NCBI GenBank assembly: GCA_040954595.2
Contig: CM082577.2
Coordinates: 13,399,903-13,463,902, forward strand
DNA length: 64,000 nt
Origin: Balanoglossus misakiensis
Taxonomy: Eukaryota > Animalia > Hemichordata
Reading direction: 5' to 3'
A program made the position numbers and the translations under genes. Under the pieces are notes generated by a model. The model was not told the DNA's origin, made no database searches, and was given only the letters and a program-made list of their open reading frames with translations. Positions 49,224-61,280 of this stretch are shown here, piece by piece (within the stretch, counting starts at the first letter, position 1; every line of letters begins with the position of its first letter).

Positions 49224-50139
49224 TTTCTTCACAAAAAGACTTGGTACGCAGTCTGAATTGGGAGAGACTGAACTACTTACTACGAAAGATATTATTACTA
49301 AAATAGTTTTGTTCTTGTATTGGGACAATGCACGCGTCGATCACGAGCATGATTTGTGAATTTAATTTGGCCCACGCTCTGTGCACGATGGCAAAATCGT
49401 GGAACATCGGACCTTGGACCTAAACGCACGCTAGTCAAACGTTTGAACATCGGACACTGGATCTAAACGGTCGATTGTAACAGTGTCGCCTATCAGCCGC
49501 GCGATCTAACTACCATGTATCACGTGAATTGTTGAATTGATAGCACGTAGCTGATCACGCCTTGATCACGCCGTCACATGACTATGACTGTCTTGTAGGA
49601 TTTGCCCTCCTGCAAGTAAACACGAATTTTTGGCACAGTAACAAGATTTTATTATAGGTATATACTAAACAACTTTATTGCGTCTAAATGTAGCCACACC
49701 CCTCAAAATTCCATGTTTAAGGTAATAACAGTATTTTAACATTATGAGCGTGAGAACTATGCGGGCAAGTTCACAAAATAGAAATTTAATTAAGCTGTGG
49801 GTGGCTGAGATTGATTTATATTTGAGAAACCTATCTGTCAACTGGTATCTATCAACTATCTGAATGTTTCAAGATCTGCATGTCAACAGAACTCAAAATG
49901 CGATGTCACGGCAACGAGGTCACCACATAGTTTTGACTCTAACGTCGTTCAAGTCAATCTCCTTACGCGACACACTACTGATTGGCCAGAGCAATGACCT
50001 GGGCGTTGCTAATAGTAGGAAAATAATAAGCATTCATTAGAAACATTTGTTCCATGTAGAGATTTCAAAATCAACTTTTACTGAGAGAGACTTATCATTA
50101 CGCGCCAACATAATGGGACCTTGCGGAAAACAACAATGC

Positions 50140-50729
50140 TGTGATGGAAATTCTCCATGTTGTCATTCTCATACGCCTGACATTATTACCAGTGCCATAG
50201 ATTGTTCTGCCTTCATATACGGATAACTGGTGACGTTCTTTATAACGCGAGTTTATGCATGCTTGTTCAGAAAAGTGTACTTCAATTCGATTCTTCTTGT
50301 GTTGTGTTCGTTTGACCAAATACAGTTTGTTGCCATTCCCTACAAAATGACAGGGACACGCCTCTCCGTTGGCTTTCGGCCAATGGCACTGGGAGGTTCC
50401 CGTCACCTGACCTGTAAAGGGGTGCGTCGTTTTCACTCGTGGTTAGGAGAAGTTGTGAGATTGGAGCTGTAACCTGTTGAGGTCGGATATTTTTGGCGAC
50501 CGTCTTAGTAATACATTGAGTTTCTTTTATTGCTGCTATTTGTGTTGTGCGTTATTACTTCGCCCTTTCTGGGAGACCCATTGTATCAAGGTTGAGCTGG
50601 GCCCGCGATCGGCGTACGCTACCGAGACAACTATTTTGGCGTGTGGACCTCACCAGTCTATCCGCGTGGATTCGAACCGTGACGGGCGTTGTTGCGTACC
50701 CGCGTAGCTAGAAATATAATTCCGCGACA
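50140..50729 (+). mobile_element. Solo LTR (590 bp) in the duplicate's intron
   Basis: TGTGATGG...CCGCGACA; flanks atgc/atac, while the paralogous empty site has a single atac (46803-46806); AATACA at ~50510. Confidence 0.75.
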
Positions 50730-51119
50730 ATACCCATTCACGTTCCACGCATTGCCTTACCTGATGCTACTTCTACGTGTACGGACTCTTTCTTGATGTT
50801 TCGCTGTTCATAAAAAGCAAGGCAAGTGTATTCACCCATATCTTCGTACAGAATGTTTTTGAGCATAAGTAGGGCAAAATCGGTTGAGAGATTATTCTCT
50901 GTAGTGTGTCCGAATGTTTGGGAAATGCGGCCGCCCTCGAAAGTCGTTTCTTTGGCCTTCCAGCGAAGCGCCAGAAATGGCTGTAACGGTGTGGCAGTGC
51001 ATTTCACGTGTAAAACCACTCATGCGGTCGTGTTGATGGCGGACAGGGTGTAGTTTATTAATTAAACGTGTTAGAAATATAGCTGCAAGCAGCAATGGGC
51101 CGAATAGAGCCGAATGTTC

Positions 51120-51611
51120 ATCTGAGGTCACCCAAAATTTGACGGAAAAAATTGGACACCATACTAGCCCATGTCCAACAGAAACAAAACCTCTAGCCCT
51201 ATTGGTAAACCTGGAATTGGAAATGCCCATAATTAATGAGTTAAGTAATGATTTGGTCCGATAATTGTACCTGTCCACCGAAAATCAGTTCCCTAGGTGT
51301 ATTTGTTAGAAGCGTAGATAGAAGTAGATATGTGTTTTTCAAGGTGGGTCAAGGGTCAAGGGGTCACCTGAAATTTGGCTTCTCATTTCAGCCCCATGCT
51401 GATCGCTAGCAAGCTGCTGTGAACATTGGCTGTCGAGGACCTTTAGATAGACCCGAATGCCATAATAGATGTGATAGCTTCACTGTACAGGTATAGGCCT
51501 ATGGCTAGGTCACATGACTAATTACTATTAATTGTTGGGGTCACATCTACATATTGGCCGCGTCCACAGTGCCAAGTTGAGTCCTTCATGCTTGAATACG
51601 ATGTACTCCAG
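51120..51611 (-). repeat. Decayed HINE-type tandem units (continue at 55279-55430)
   Basis: 51128-51240 is the reverse complement of the ~239-bp unit at 61836-62500. tcac.tgactaatta..tcca.tgccaagtt occurs on both sides of the foldback element. Confidence 0.6.
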
Positions 51612-54600
51612 GAGATAGGTGCCGTTAATCAGAGTTTTTGGTAAGGAAGGTTTGAGAAGTCCATTCTATGTAAAAAATGGTGCTGATTCCAAAAAAGTCA
51701 GTCTTATTGACCCCACTCAAGACAAAAGTGCCATTTTGGCCATTTTAACCCAAAAATGGTCTTTTTTAGACAACACTAAAAACACACTGTTTTCGTCACA
51801 TTCTGAGATCTGATGACATATGATATGCTTATTCTATGTACAATTTGGTGAATATTACGAAAAAAGTAGTCTGATTGACCCAAAACAACACAAAATTGCC
51901 TTTTTGACCATTTTTTGCCCAAAAAATGTCATTTTTAGAAAAAAATTAAAACACACGGTTTTCTTCATAATGATTGAGCTGGTGATATATGGAAAGTCAA
52001 TTCTATGTTACAAGTTTTGACTTTAAAAAATGAAGCAGTATTTTTGACCTCAATACAAAAATGCCATTTTTGGCCACTTTTTGAGGTCAAAAAAGGTCAT
52101 TTTTACAAAAAAACTAAAAACAAATTGTGTTCTTCATATTCAGAGATCATTGGATATATGAAATGTCCATTCTATGTAAAAAATGGTGCTGATTCCAGAA
52201 ATAGCAGTCTTATTGACCCTACTCAAGAAAAAATGCCTTTTTTGCCACTTTTGCCCAAAAAGGTCATTTTTAGAAAACACTCAAAATTCATATATTTTCT
52301 TCACTTTCGGAGATCTGATAATGTATTATATGCCCACCCTATGTAAAATTTGGTGATTATTCCAAAAAGCAGATTTATTGACCAAACCTAATGCAAAAAT
52401 GCCCTTTTGGAAAGTTTTTGCCCAAAAAGGCCATTTTTAGAAAAAAAATTAAAAGCAAACTTTTCTTCATAAAGCTCAGAGATCATGTGATATACGAAAT
52501 GTTCATCCTATGTAAAAAAATGGTGCTGATTCCAGAAATAGCAGTCTTATTGATCCTACTCGAGAAAAAATGCCATTTTTGCCACTTTTTGCCCCAAAAA
52601 CGTCATTTTCTGAAAACACTCAAAATTTATATATTTTCTTCACTTTCGGAGATCTGATAATGTATTATATGCCCACTATATGTGAAAAATTTCCAAAAAA
52701 GCAGTTTTATTGATGCCACTCAAGATAAAAGTGCCTTTTTGGCAAGTTTTTGTCCAAAAAGTGTCATTTCTAGAAAATACGAAAAATATGCCACTTTTTC
52801 CCCATTGGTGATCTAATGATAAATAAAAGTAGGGACATTTAAAAAAAAACACTCTTACTGACCCCACAGAGGGAAAAAATACCATTTTGGCCTCTTTGCT
52901 CAAAAAGGTAACTGTTAGAAAAAATAAATACAAACTTATTTCTTCATATTCAGAGCCCTTGTGATGTATGTAAATTCGTTTTTGTTTTTTTGTTTTTTTT
53001 TGTGTGTGCAAAAATATGCTGATACCAGCACAACGGTCTTATTGAGACACCCCGCTCAGTACAAAATTGCCATTTAGCCATCTTTTGGTCAACAATAGGC
53101 ATTTTCAGAAAACAAATATAATTGATGTTTTTGCCTTTTGTGGTCTGATGTTGTATATGCATATTTAAAACGCCATAAGCATAATATCAATTAAATTGAT
53201 GATATTGAAAGACAGGGTTGCCAAAATTTGGCACGTTAAGCCCAAAACTGAACTCAACAATAAGATGATCCATGTATACGCACTGTCTACTATAAGTCGA
53301 TTATGCGTGGTGTTAAATATGTAGGTTCCGATATGCCAGCTCGGGAGAGATTGTTGAAATTTATTCTCTTCAATCTGAATACAAAATCAGAAATTATATT
53401 ATAATTTATATCATGATACCTCCGTCATACTGATTGGACAGGAGTGCAACCCAACGATGCTAGAATACTCAATAGAGCACTGCTAAAACTGGCCCCTGAA
53501 CTAGCACGCAGCAGGGAAAATGTGGGCTTAAACCAAATAAACATAATAAAAACACTTAAATTCCTTGACGTTTTAATTTGGAACTGCTGTATGGGAATAT
53601 TTGGGCAATGTGCAATGCCTGTCTTTTGTCATCTATATCATGTTTAGAGCTTGGTCCCGGGCGGCGTGTTTACATTCATCGACGCGAGTTTTGTTCAATT
53701 CGTAACTTCTTTTCCTCTCGACGCTGTTTCATCATCATTATGAGTTCAACTTGGGCTAATTTTGCAAAAACTCCAAATACAAACATTTTTTCGGTACAAA
53801 ATGGCTAAAAGGATAAATTTTTCTTGAGTAGATCTATTTTTGGCTACAAATAGCCAAAAAGGCAATTTTGACTAGAGTGGGGCCAACCAGACTGCCGTTT
53901 TTGGAATAGTCTCTAAATTTTACACAGAATGGACTTTTCATACATGATCAGATCTCTGAATATGAAGAAAACAATTTGTCTTTAGTTTGCTTGTTTTTAA
54001 TGAACATTTTTGACCAAAAAGTGGCCGAAATGACAATTTTCTATTGAATAGGGTAAGTAAGACTTCCGTTTTTGGAACAGTAACCACGTTTCAATACAGA
54101 ATAGGCTTTTATTTATAATAAGATCACCGAAAGTGAAGAAAAGAGAATGCTATTAATATATTCTTAAAAATAACAATGTTGAGCAAAACTTAGCCAAAAA
54201 GGTGATTTCATCATGGTTAAGGTCATTAAGACTGCATTTCTGGTAACAACACCTATTTTACAATAAATGTACTTTTCACACATCATAGAATCTCCAAATA
54301 AGAATCAAACAGTTTGTTTTTAATGATTTTCGAAAAGTGGCTTTTTGGGAAAAAACTTGTCAAAAAAGCACTGTTTTCTTGAGTGGCGCCAGTAAAACTT
54401 TTTTTTGATTTTTTTCAGATAGAGTGGGTATATAATACATCATCATTTCCGAAAGTGAAGAAAATATAAAAGTTTTGGGTGTTTTCTAGAAATTACACTT
54501 TTTGGGCAAAATCTTGCCAAAAAGGCACTTTTATCTTGAGTGGCATTAATAAAACTGCTTTTTGGGGAATTTTTCACATATATAGGGCATATAATACATT

Positions 54601-55278
54601 ATCAGATCTCCGAAAGTGAAGAAAATATATACATTTTGAGTGTTTTCTAAAAATGACGTTTTTGGGCAAAAAGTGGCAAAAATGGCGTCAATAAGACTGC
54701 TATTTCAGGAATCAGCACCATTTTTACATAGAATGGACATTTCATATATCCAATGATCTCTGAATATGAAGAACACAATTTGTTTTTAGTTTTTTTGTAA
54801 AAATGACCTTTTTTGACCTCAAAAAGTGGCCAAAAATGGCATTTTTGTATTGATTGAGGGCAAAGAGACTGCTTTATTTTTTAAAGTCACCACTTTTAAC
54901 ATAGAATTGACTTTCCATATATCACCAGATCAATCATTATGAAGAAAACCGTGTGTTTTAATTTTTTTTCTAAAAATGACGTTTTTGGGCAAAAAATGGT
55001 CAAAAAGGCAATTTTGTGTGTTTTGGGTCAATTGGACTACTTTTTTCGTAATATTCACCAAATTTTACATAGAATAAGCATATCATATGTCATCAGATCT
55101 CAGAATGTGACGAAAACAGTGTGTTTTAGTGTTTTCTGGGTTAAAAATGGCCAAAATGGCAATTTTGTCTTGAGTGGAGTCAATAAGACTGACTTTTTTA
55201 GAATCAGCACCATTTTTTACATAGAATGGACTTCTCAAACCTTCCTTACCAAAAATTCTGATTAACGGCACCTATCTC
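51612..55278. mobile_element. Foldback non-autonomous DNA transposon, Sola-like (GAG..CTC termini, 4-bp TSD), TIRs >1.2 kb built of internal subrepeats
   Basis: ccag|gagataggtgccgttaatcagagtttttggtaaggaagg ... ccttccttaccaaaaattctgattaacggcacctatctc|ctag; mirror ORFs 51619+ and 55271- (MPLIR.FGKEGLRSPF). No transposase in the centre. Confidence 0.85.
53394..53560 (-). mobile_element. 3' fragment of a Crypton-like element within the foldback spacer
   Basis: Reverse complement ends ccaatca...tataatataat like 1580-1628 and matches 42086-42185. Confidence 0.5.
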
Positions 55279-55599
55279 CTAGGGTAATGTTGTCATAGCC
55301 ATTTTGTAAATTTTGCCCTGATATGGTCATCATGTCACGTGACTAATTATATATTCACGGGTTAGGTACATGTCCAATCATTGACCTTGTCCACTGTGCC
55401 AAGTTTGAGATTTGGACATTGAGTCATTGGGTGTGGGAGGGGATGTCCCCCTCGCACATAAGAAAACGTTGTAAAATACAGTGCTCAAAGTTGCATTTTA
55501 ATGAACTCTAAAGCAAAATAACTCAATGTTGGGGAGGACCAATTTTACTTTTGCCACTCCACTCAAAGTAAGCATCGGTGGGGTGGGGTGGCAAGTAGT

Positions 55600-55853
55600 C
55601 TGCCCTGGTACACTAGACAAACCAGCCAATAAATGAAATGAGGCGAAAAATGAAGGGGGTGGGTAAGAAAATTTTGTAAAATAAAGGGCGCGAAACTGAA
55701 ATTTTGTGGACTCAAAGTTTGGTGGCAAAAGTATGTGACCCCCCCTAAACGTTTACAAAAAATGATGACCCCCCCTTTTGGACTTCAAAATTTAAGTGAC
55801 CCCCCTGGATTTTGCCGCCCCCCCCCGGCCGTAAAAACTGAACGGTCCCTTAC
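55600..55853. mobile_element. One-ended MITE remnant (PIF/Harbinger-like terminus)
   Basis: ccccccccggccgtaaaaactgaacggtccctta preceded by tgacccccc subrepeats; partner end not found. Confidence 0.4.
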
Positions 55854-56008
55854 AACGTGCACCATAAGGAGCTGCTAACATTAAGCACTAAAGTCCCCCT
55901 TTCTCGAGGAACTTTGCATTAACGCTATTCCGATATACTTTTTTCTACAATAAACATTACTTGCTGAAAAATCTCTGTACTTTTTTATGTTTCTGTGTTA
56001 CCCCACAC

Positions 56009-56098
56009 CATAGACGTAAAAAGAGATACATAGACAAAACACATACATAGACAGTAGAGGAGGTGGGGATTTCGGGGTCTACCCCTCTACTGTCTATG
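56009..56098. mobile_element. 90-bp mini-MITE, CATAGAC..GTCTATG, 8-bp TSD (P-element-like)
   Basis: ccccacac (56001-56008) | catagac ... gtctatg | ccccacac (56099-56106); internal hairpin catagacagtagagg/cctctactgtctatg. Confidence 0.75.
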
Positions 56099-56754
56099 CC
56101 CCACACCCTATCTTATCAGTTGTAAATCTAGAATGCAAGCTATCCAATTCTAATTAAATATGGTTATATAGACAGAGACTTTGTCCTTTCAATTTAAATT
56201 TATTTAAACAAAACTTGAGTTTACAAGGAAATATTAAGGAATAGGCCTTAATACAAAATCCGATTTCATAGGAAATACTTTATTCGCCTTTTCCCGGGGT
56301 CTGGGCCCTACAGCTATTTCTTAGTTCGGAAAATAACAAATTAACACAATTTTCGTATGTTCAGATGTCAAAATTTATTCAATCGAGGCGAACTGGCAAT
56401 GCGGGGCAACAGCTAGTTCTGCGTACAGGTCTGTCTGTTCCCGGCGTTACACGGCCTCCACGCCGAGAACACTGTACGCAGAGCTGGGCTATACCATAGC
56501 AAGGCTGGCGATTATCCCAACTGCGTAGTGGTTTTAAGTGGTTTGACTAGAAAATTCCGTCTGTAGACCAAAACTCGTGCACCGTTCGCCGTTATCGAGC
56601 ACACTGCATTTATATTGGACAGCAAACCGCCCCAGAACGTCTCACAACTTGTACAACGGCCCCTTTTCGAACTTTATGTGGCGAGAAAGACATGCTCAGC
56701 CGCCGCCATCTTGATTTGCGCGCAAAGGATTGTGGGGGCAATATTATTTGACAA

Positions 56755-56885
56755 CGCAAGATTAATTCGACACAACACATGAAATTAATTCGACACAACA
56801 CATGAAATTAATTCGACACAACACGTGGAATTAATTCGACACTACACCTGTAATTAATTCGACTCTACACGTAAAAATAATCCGA
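56755..56885. repeat. 23-bp minisatellite (aattaattcgacacaacacatga) x ~5-6
   Basis: Direct reading; decays toward 57040. Confidence 0.9.
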
Positions 56886-59175
56886 GATGTTGGCAAAATT
56901 ATTTCTAACAAAGATAAGCTACAATAATTATTTAGAACATATAAAATTAATTCTGCATGACTACAAAAAAATAATTGAAGCACATAAAAATAATTATATA
57001 TACTGGTAAAATTAATTCCAGGCTCTATAAAATTAATTCTAACACATTTTATTAATAAACTACAATTTTGACCAGAACGGGCCCCCATAGACAGGTTGTC
57101 GCGTTTAGTTGTATTCATGGAAATTATTTTCATCTCAAGGGGTTCTAAAAGAAAGAATAGAAGTATGTTGAGATATTAAAGACTTGTCATAAACTACATG
57201 TGGTATATTGATTGCGGTAAAATATTGACTCAAACTGCAAATCAAATGACGAAAACACACATATGTCTCCACGCAGGAAGACACTGGTGCCCCGGCTCTA
57301 ATAGTATAATCTATCAAACAATGCAATACGAAAATAATAATAATAAATGCCATAGATTAAATTTCATGTGCAAAAAAATCATACTCATCATCAGTTATAA
57401 CATCAGCAGCAACAATAACAACAACACTAGCGCTAAAGCCATACCATAAAGCTTGAACCGAACGTGTCCAATTTTTCGTGAATCCTGAGTGTGTACTCGG
57501 CAGTAATATTCACCCTCATCGGTTTTCCTCGTACCATTTATATTCAAAGTTGTAAATGTAGTGTCTCCAGCATAATATCTGTTATGAATGGAGTAAGGCT
57601 GTTCATTTTCGTTTTGTTGGGCAAGAAATGTGTTGTCTTCTCCCTTTGTCCAACGAACAGAAGCTATGGGCTGGTCGTTTAGTTTGGCGGGACATACTAG
57701 CGAAGCAATCGTTCCTAGTTCAGCGTAAATTGGCTCTTCGATACTTTGATCTTCCGTGTACGTTCCTTTAGCGCTTCCTGCAAGATATAATAGTGGTTGC
57801 TTTTACTGAGTGCGAGCAAAATGTTCCCTAAAACTTTGCAGGAATATTTCGACAGAGAACATGTACACCATACTTTTCAAATATACATGTAATGCGTCGC
57901 ATATTAATACGACTTTACCGTTTTTAATGTACAATACTCGCTTTTAACAATCTACTCGTTTTATTTCATAGAAAATGGTATATTTTAAGATTATTTCAAC
58001 TATTCTGCCATTTTTGGTGCTCTCCAGTGTGTGTACGTCAAGCCAGGAGAACAGTCCACCAGGTAGAATTTTAGTAATGTGTTGAATAGTACACAAATAC
58101 CTGAACGATATTCTTGCACAAATGACCTCAAAACGTTTATCATTTAAACGTTATTTAAGCTGACTAGAACAATGTATTGGTAAAGTTTCTCTCTTTTCCT
58201 TTCAGTTCAGCGCATTTTGAATAACGACACGGTGATCGTTTACTTAGATGAGGATGTGTACGCGCCAGAAGGAACATTGCTGAGACTAGTATTTCAAAGT
58301 ACAACGAAGATTAACGCCAATGAAAGCATCTGCGTGAACCTGACAAAAGAACCAGGTACTTGATATCAGGCACCGAACATTCCAAATAACTTATAGCTTA
58401 ATCTCAGAGTATATACTGCCGTGTTTCCTTATAGTTACACGGAAGGATGTTTTTAAACATAAACTATACCGCTTTTATTTGAATACATGTGTATTAACGC
58501 ACTACATTAAGAGACAGTGTTTTGAGAGAATGACATTTTATCCCTAACATCATTACAGACAAAACTGCGCTGAGCAACTGTTGGCCAACATCACCAAAAG
58601 ACATGGGATATAAATTTACATATTTGTCTCTGAAAGAAATAAATGGCTGTGTCTGCTTGGAACTGAGGTTGCGCGATGATAACGTTGTGTTTACATGGTG
58701 GTTACGAAATACAATTAATACACCAGTCCTGGGTACAACAACTGTGGCGGTTATAAAAGGTAAATACAGAAACATATAAATATGTAGTATTTAGAGTACC
58801 TTTGTAATATACAATCTAGAATTTAGAAACAAAAAACTAACATTCACCGGTTATTGTAAAACAGTGCAATTACTAAATCGTCTGAATGTAAAACGTCTAA
58901 GGGGGTCAAAATTTTGATACGAACACTGACATTGTACACGATTCTTCGTTTAAATGCAAGGTACATTCCTATCGCTGTATTTTCAATATCAGTAGGACTG
59001 TTAAACTAATTTATAAAAATAATGGTTTTCTTGCTCGGTAATACATGAGAGTTATTAACATACAGAAAGGACATCACACAGAAGATGTTAATCTGGTGTT
59101 CAAATAAAAAACAACAACGATTAAGTGATACGTACCCGCAAACAGGATCAATAAGTTGGATAAACACAACGACAT
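56831..59175 (-). CDS. Hypothetical chimeric 228-aa protein: TE-started signal peptide + IgV + TE-derived tail
   Basis: Exons 59175-59136 (MSLCLSNLLILFAG|gtacgt), 57777-57445 (intact IgV) and 57144-56831 ([25 protein letters not shown]...GVVSN*) total 687 nt in frame with intact splice sites. No expression evidence. Confidence 0.3.
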
Positions 59176-60237
59176 AGAAATCCCAATTTCCGAAAACGAA
59201 GATAAACTCGGATTTTTGCATGGAAATACTCATGATCAATGTCAGCCCAAACATAAATTACGAAATTCCTTTGAAAAAAAAAACCCATGGTAGTCAAAGG
59301 GAAATTTTGAAATAGTTTTTTTGGAAAAGTGCATAAGTGTTACATTAAAGACCCTCATAATTATTTGTATTGAATAAAAAAACTAACTTTCAGCGATGCT
59401 AAATTTGATATGACTTTTTCGAACAGAAAAACGAGCGCACTTTAATTGTCAATGGGAAAGGAATCTTGTATAGCTTGAAATCTTGCCAATTGGCAGGAAA
59501 ACCGGTTAAGGGTTATAAGATATATCCAGGCACAAAGGTGGCGCCCCGCGCGGCTAAGGTGTGAATCGCCAAACATATCTATGGAATAATAAAAATCTCC
59601 GGATTGTCGGAAATTTCTATTGTTTCTGTGGACAGCGACGGTTTTCTCAACGGTGCGATTCAAACCCGGGTGTGAGCAGAGTGCCCAGCGCAAACTGTCG
59701 ACGTCCAACGTTATAACGTTGCTATCTTGTGGAAGAAGACCGGTGCACTTTAAGTCAATAAACAAGAATCGAAGAAAACTTCCAGGATGATGAACAAGCG
59801 CAAGGGCCATTGAAAACGTGTAAAGCTTACAAGGACACCCATAAGGTAAGAATGATTGTCGTCCACTAGGTCTCTCTGTTTCCGTGATGTATGGTGACTG
59901 TGTCGCCGTCCCGTGAAGTTTTGTAGCCAGCAACATTCCTCGACGATGGACATGAGTGTCAGGAAAGACCACCCTTACTGACCACACACCTGTGTTGTGA
60001 TCGCGTTCTTTATTGTAAGGTATTTAACATGTATTTGATGTTTGTTCAACAACCTTCAAAGTCGCGCTTTTATTATATTTTTACAAATGGAATGCTTTTT
60101 TTTCTTTTCAGGGAACAACGACATCAATTGAGATGCTCTATGATTGGCCAAGCCAATCTTATAACCCTTTTGGACCCAGAAAAGTTTTCATTGTAAAATT
60201 TCCAGGAGTTTTTATATTTTAAGCGAGTGGATGTGTA

Positions 60238-60385
60238 ATGTGTGTCTCAGCCATCTTGTCTCTGGCCTCTGCCAATTGGCAGAGTCAGCCATCTTGTCTC
60301 TGGCCTCTGCCAATTGGCAGCGTTGACTATCTTGTATCTTGCTTGGAAGGCTAAAAGGCAGACTTTCTGCCGATTGGCAGAGATA
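60238..60385. repeat. Short ~37-bp tandem duplication inside the TIR element
   Basis: tcagccatcttgtctctggcctctgccaattggcag twice, plus a decayed third copy. Confidence 0.85.
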
Positions 60386-61280
60386 CAGTAAAGAAAACAT
60401 TTTTTTTCAATAGAAAAATTAAGTACACTTTTGAATGTCTAGAAATTCTGATTTTTCTTTGTCAATTTTTGATGTATTATTTTTAAGTGCAATAAAACTC
60501 TGATTTTCTATAGAAATATTCTGTCCAAAAAGCCATTCTTTACGTGTTTGTATATTTCAAAGAAAAAAACTTGTCTCATCAACATTTGTTGCTACAAGTT
60601 ATGAACAAATGCTAAAAAAATAAGTATTTGTCCAAGGATAAAAGCAAGTATAAGTTGTGCGTATTTTTTTCTGAGGAAAATTAAAAGTCTGACAAGGCAA
60701 TTCCGGGAAATTATATGTTTTTCGTAAATCTTAACCAAAGACACAAATTCCAGTGTTTTCCTGATTCTAGAATAAAATTTAAAAAAAAAGTCAGTTTAAA
60801 GTTATATCTTTTAGCTTTTTAATTTTTGGTTGATAATATACAAGAATCAATGTACAGTAAAACCTGTCAAAACCGGACCCTGGTAAAACCGGACCACTGT
60901 CCATACCGAACGATTTTTTCAGTCCCTGCCCACTCCCATAGACGCCCTGTGTTAAAAAACCTCTGCAGACCGGCCACTGTCTACTGTGGAAACCGGACTG
61001 GATTTCGAGCGAAAACCGGACGGAACGACTGTTTGAAGACGGCATCTTTACAAGTTTCTTTGTTTTTGCTACATTAAAGATATGATGAATCACTGTCTTT
61101 TGTCTTTGAGTTTTGTTTTGACCAATTTAACAAGCAATCAACGGCGTGGAGCTGTCACTCAAGCAAGGCGTGAACGCATTCTATTGTTCGACTCGTTTGT
61201 CGCATATTTTTGACAAGTGGAGTGTCACAGCAGTAATGAGCTCTGTTGTCGGCTAATCAAACATAACGTTTCCCGGTGTC

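Larger units (their letters stand above)
51049..57089. mobile_element. ~6-kb composite insertion splitting the Ig exon, bounded by subterminal inverted repeats
   Basis: tgtagtttattaattaaacgtgttagaa (51049-51076) versus ttctaacacattttattaataaactaca (57037-57064). gacagg is present at both junctions. Absent from the paralogous RTK2 exon. Confidence 0.65.

Noticed and set aside
51619-55271. Many short ORFs in the foldback arms
   Set aside because: Low-complexity K/F-rich translations of subrepeats with no transposase motifs.
50761-57144. RAG-type recombination signal sequences flanking the split Ig exon
   Set aside because: No CACAGTG/ACAAAAACC heptamer-nonamer pairs at the junctions, and the distal half-exon has a stop.
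59442-59987. 181-aa minus-strand ORF in the outer TIR element
   Set aside because: No Transib, RAG or other transposase motif that I can recognise.
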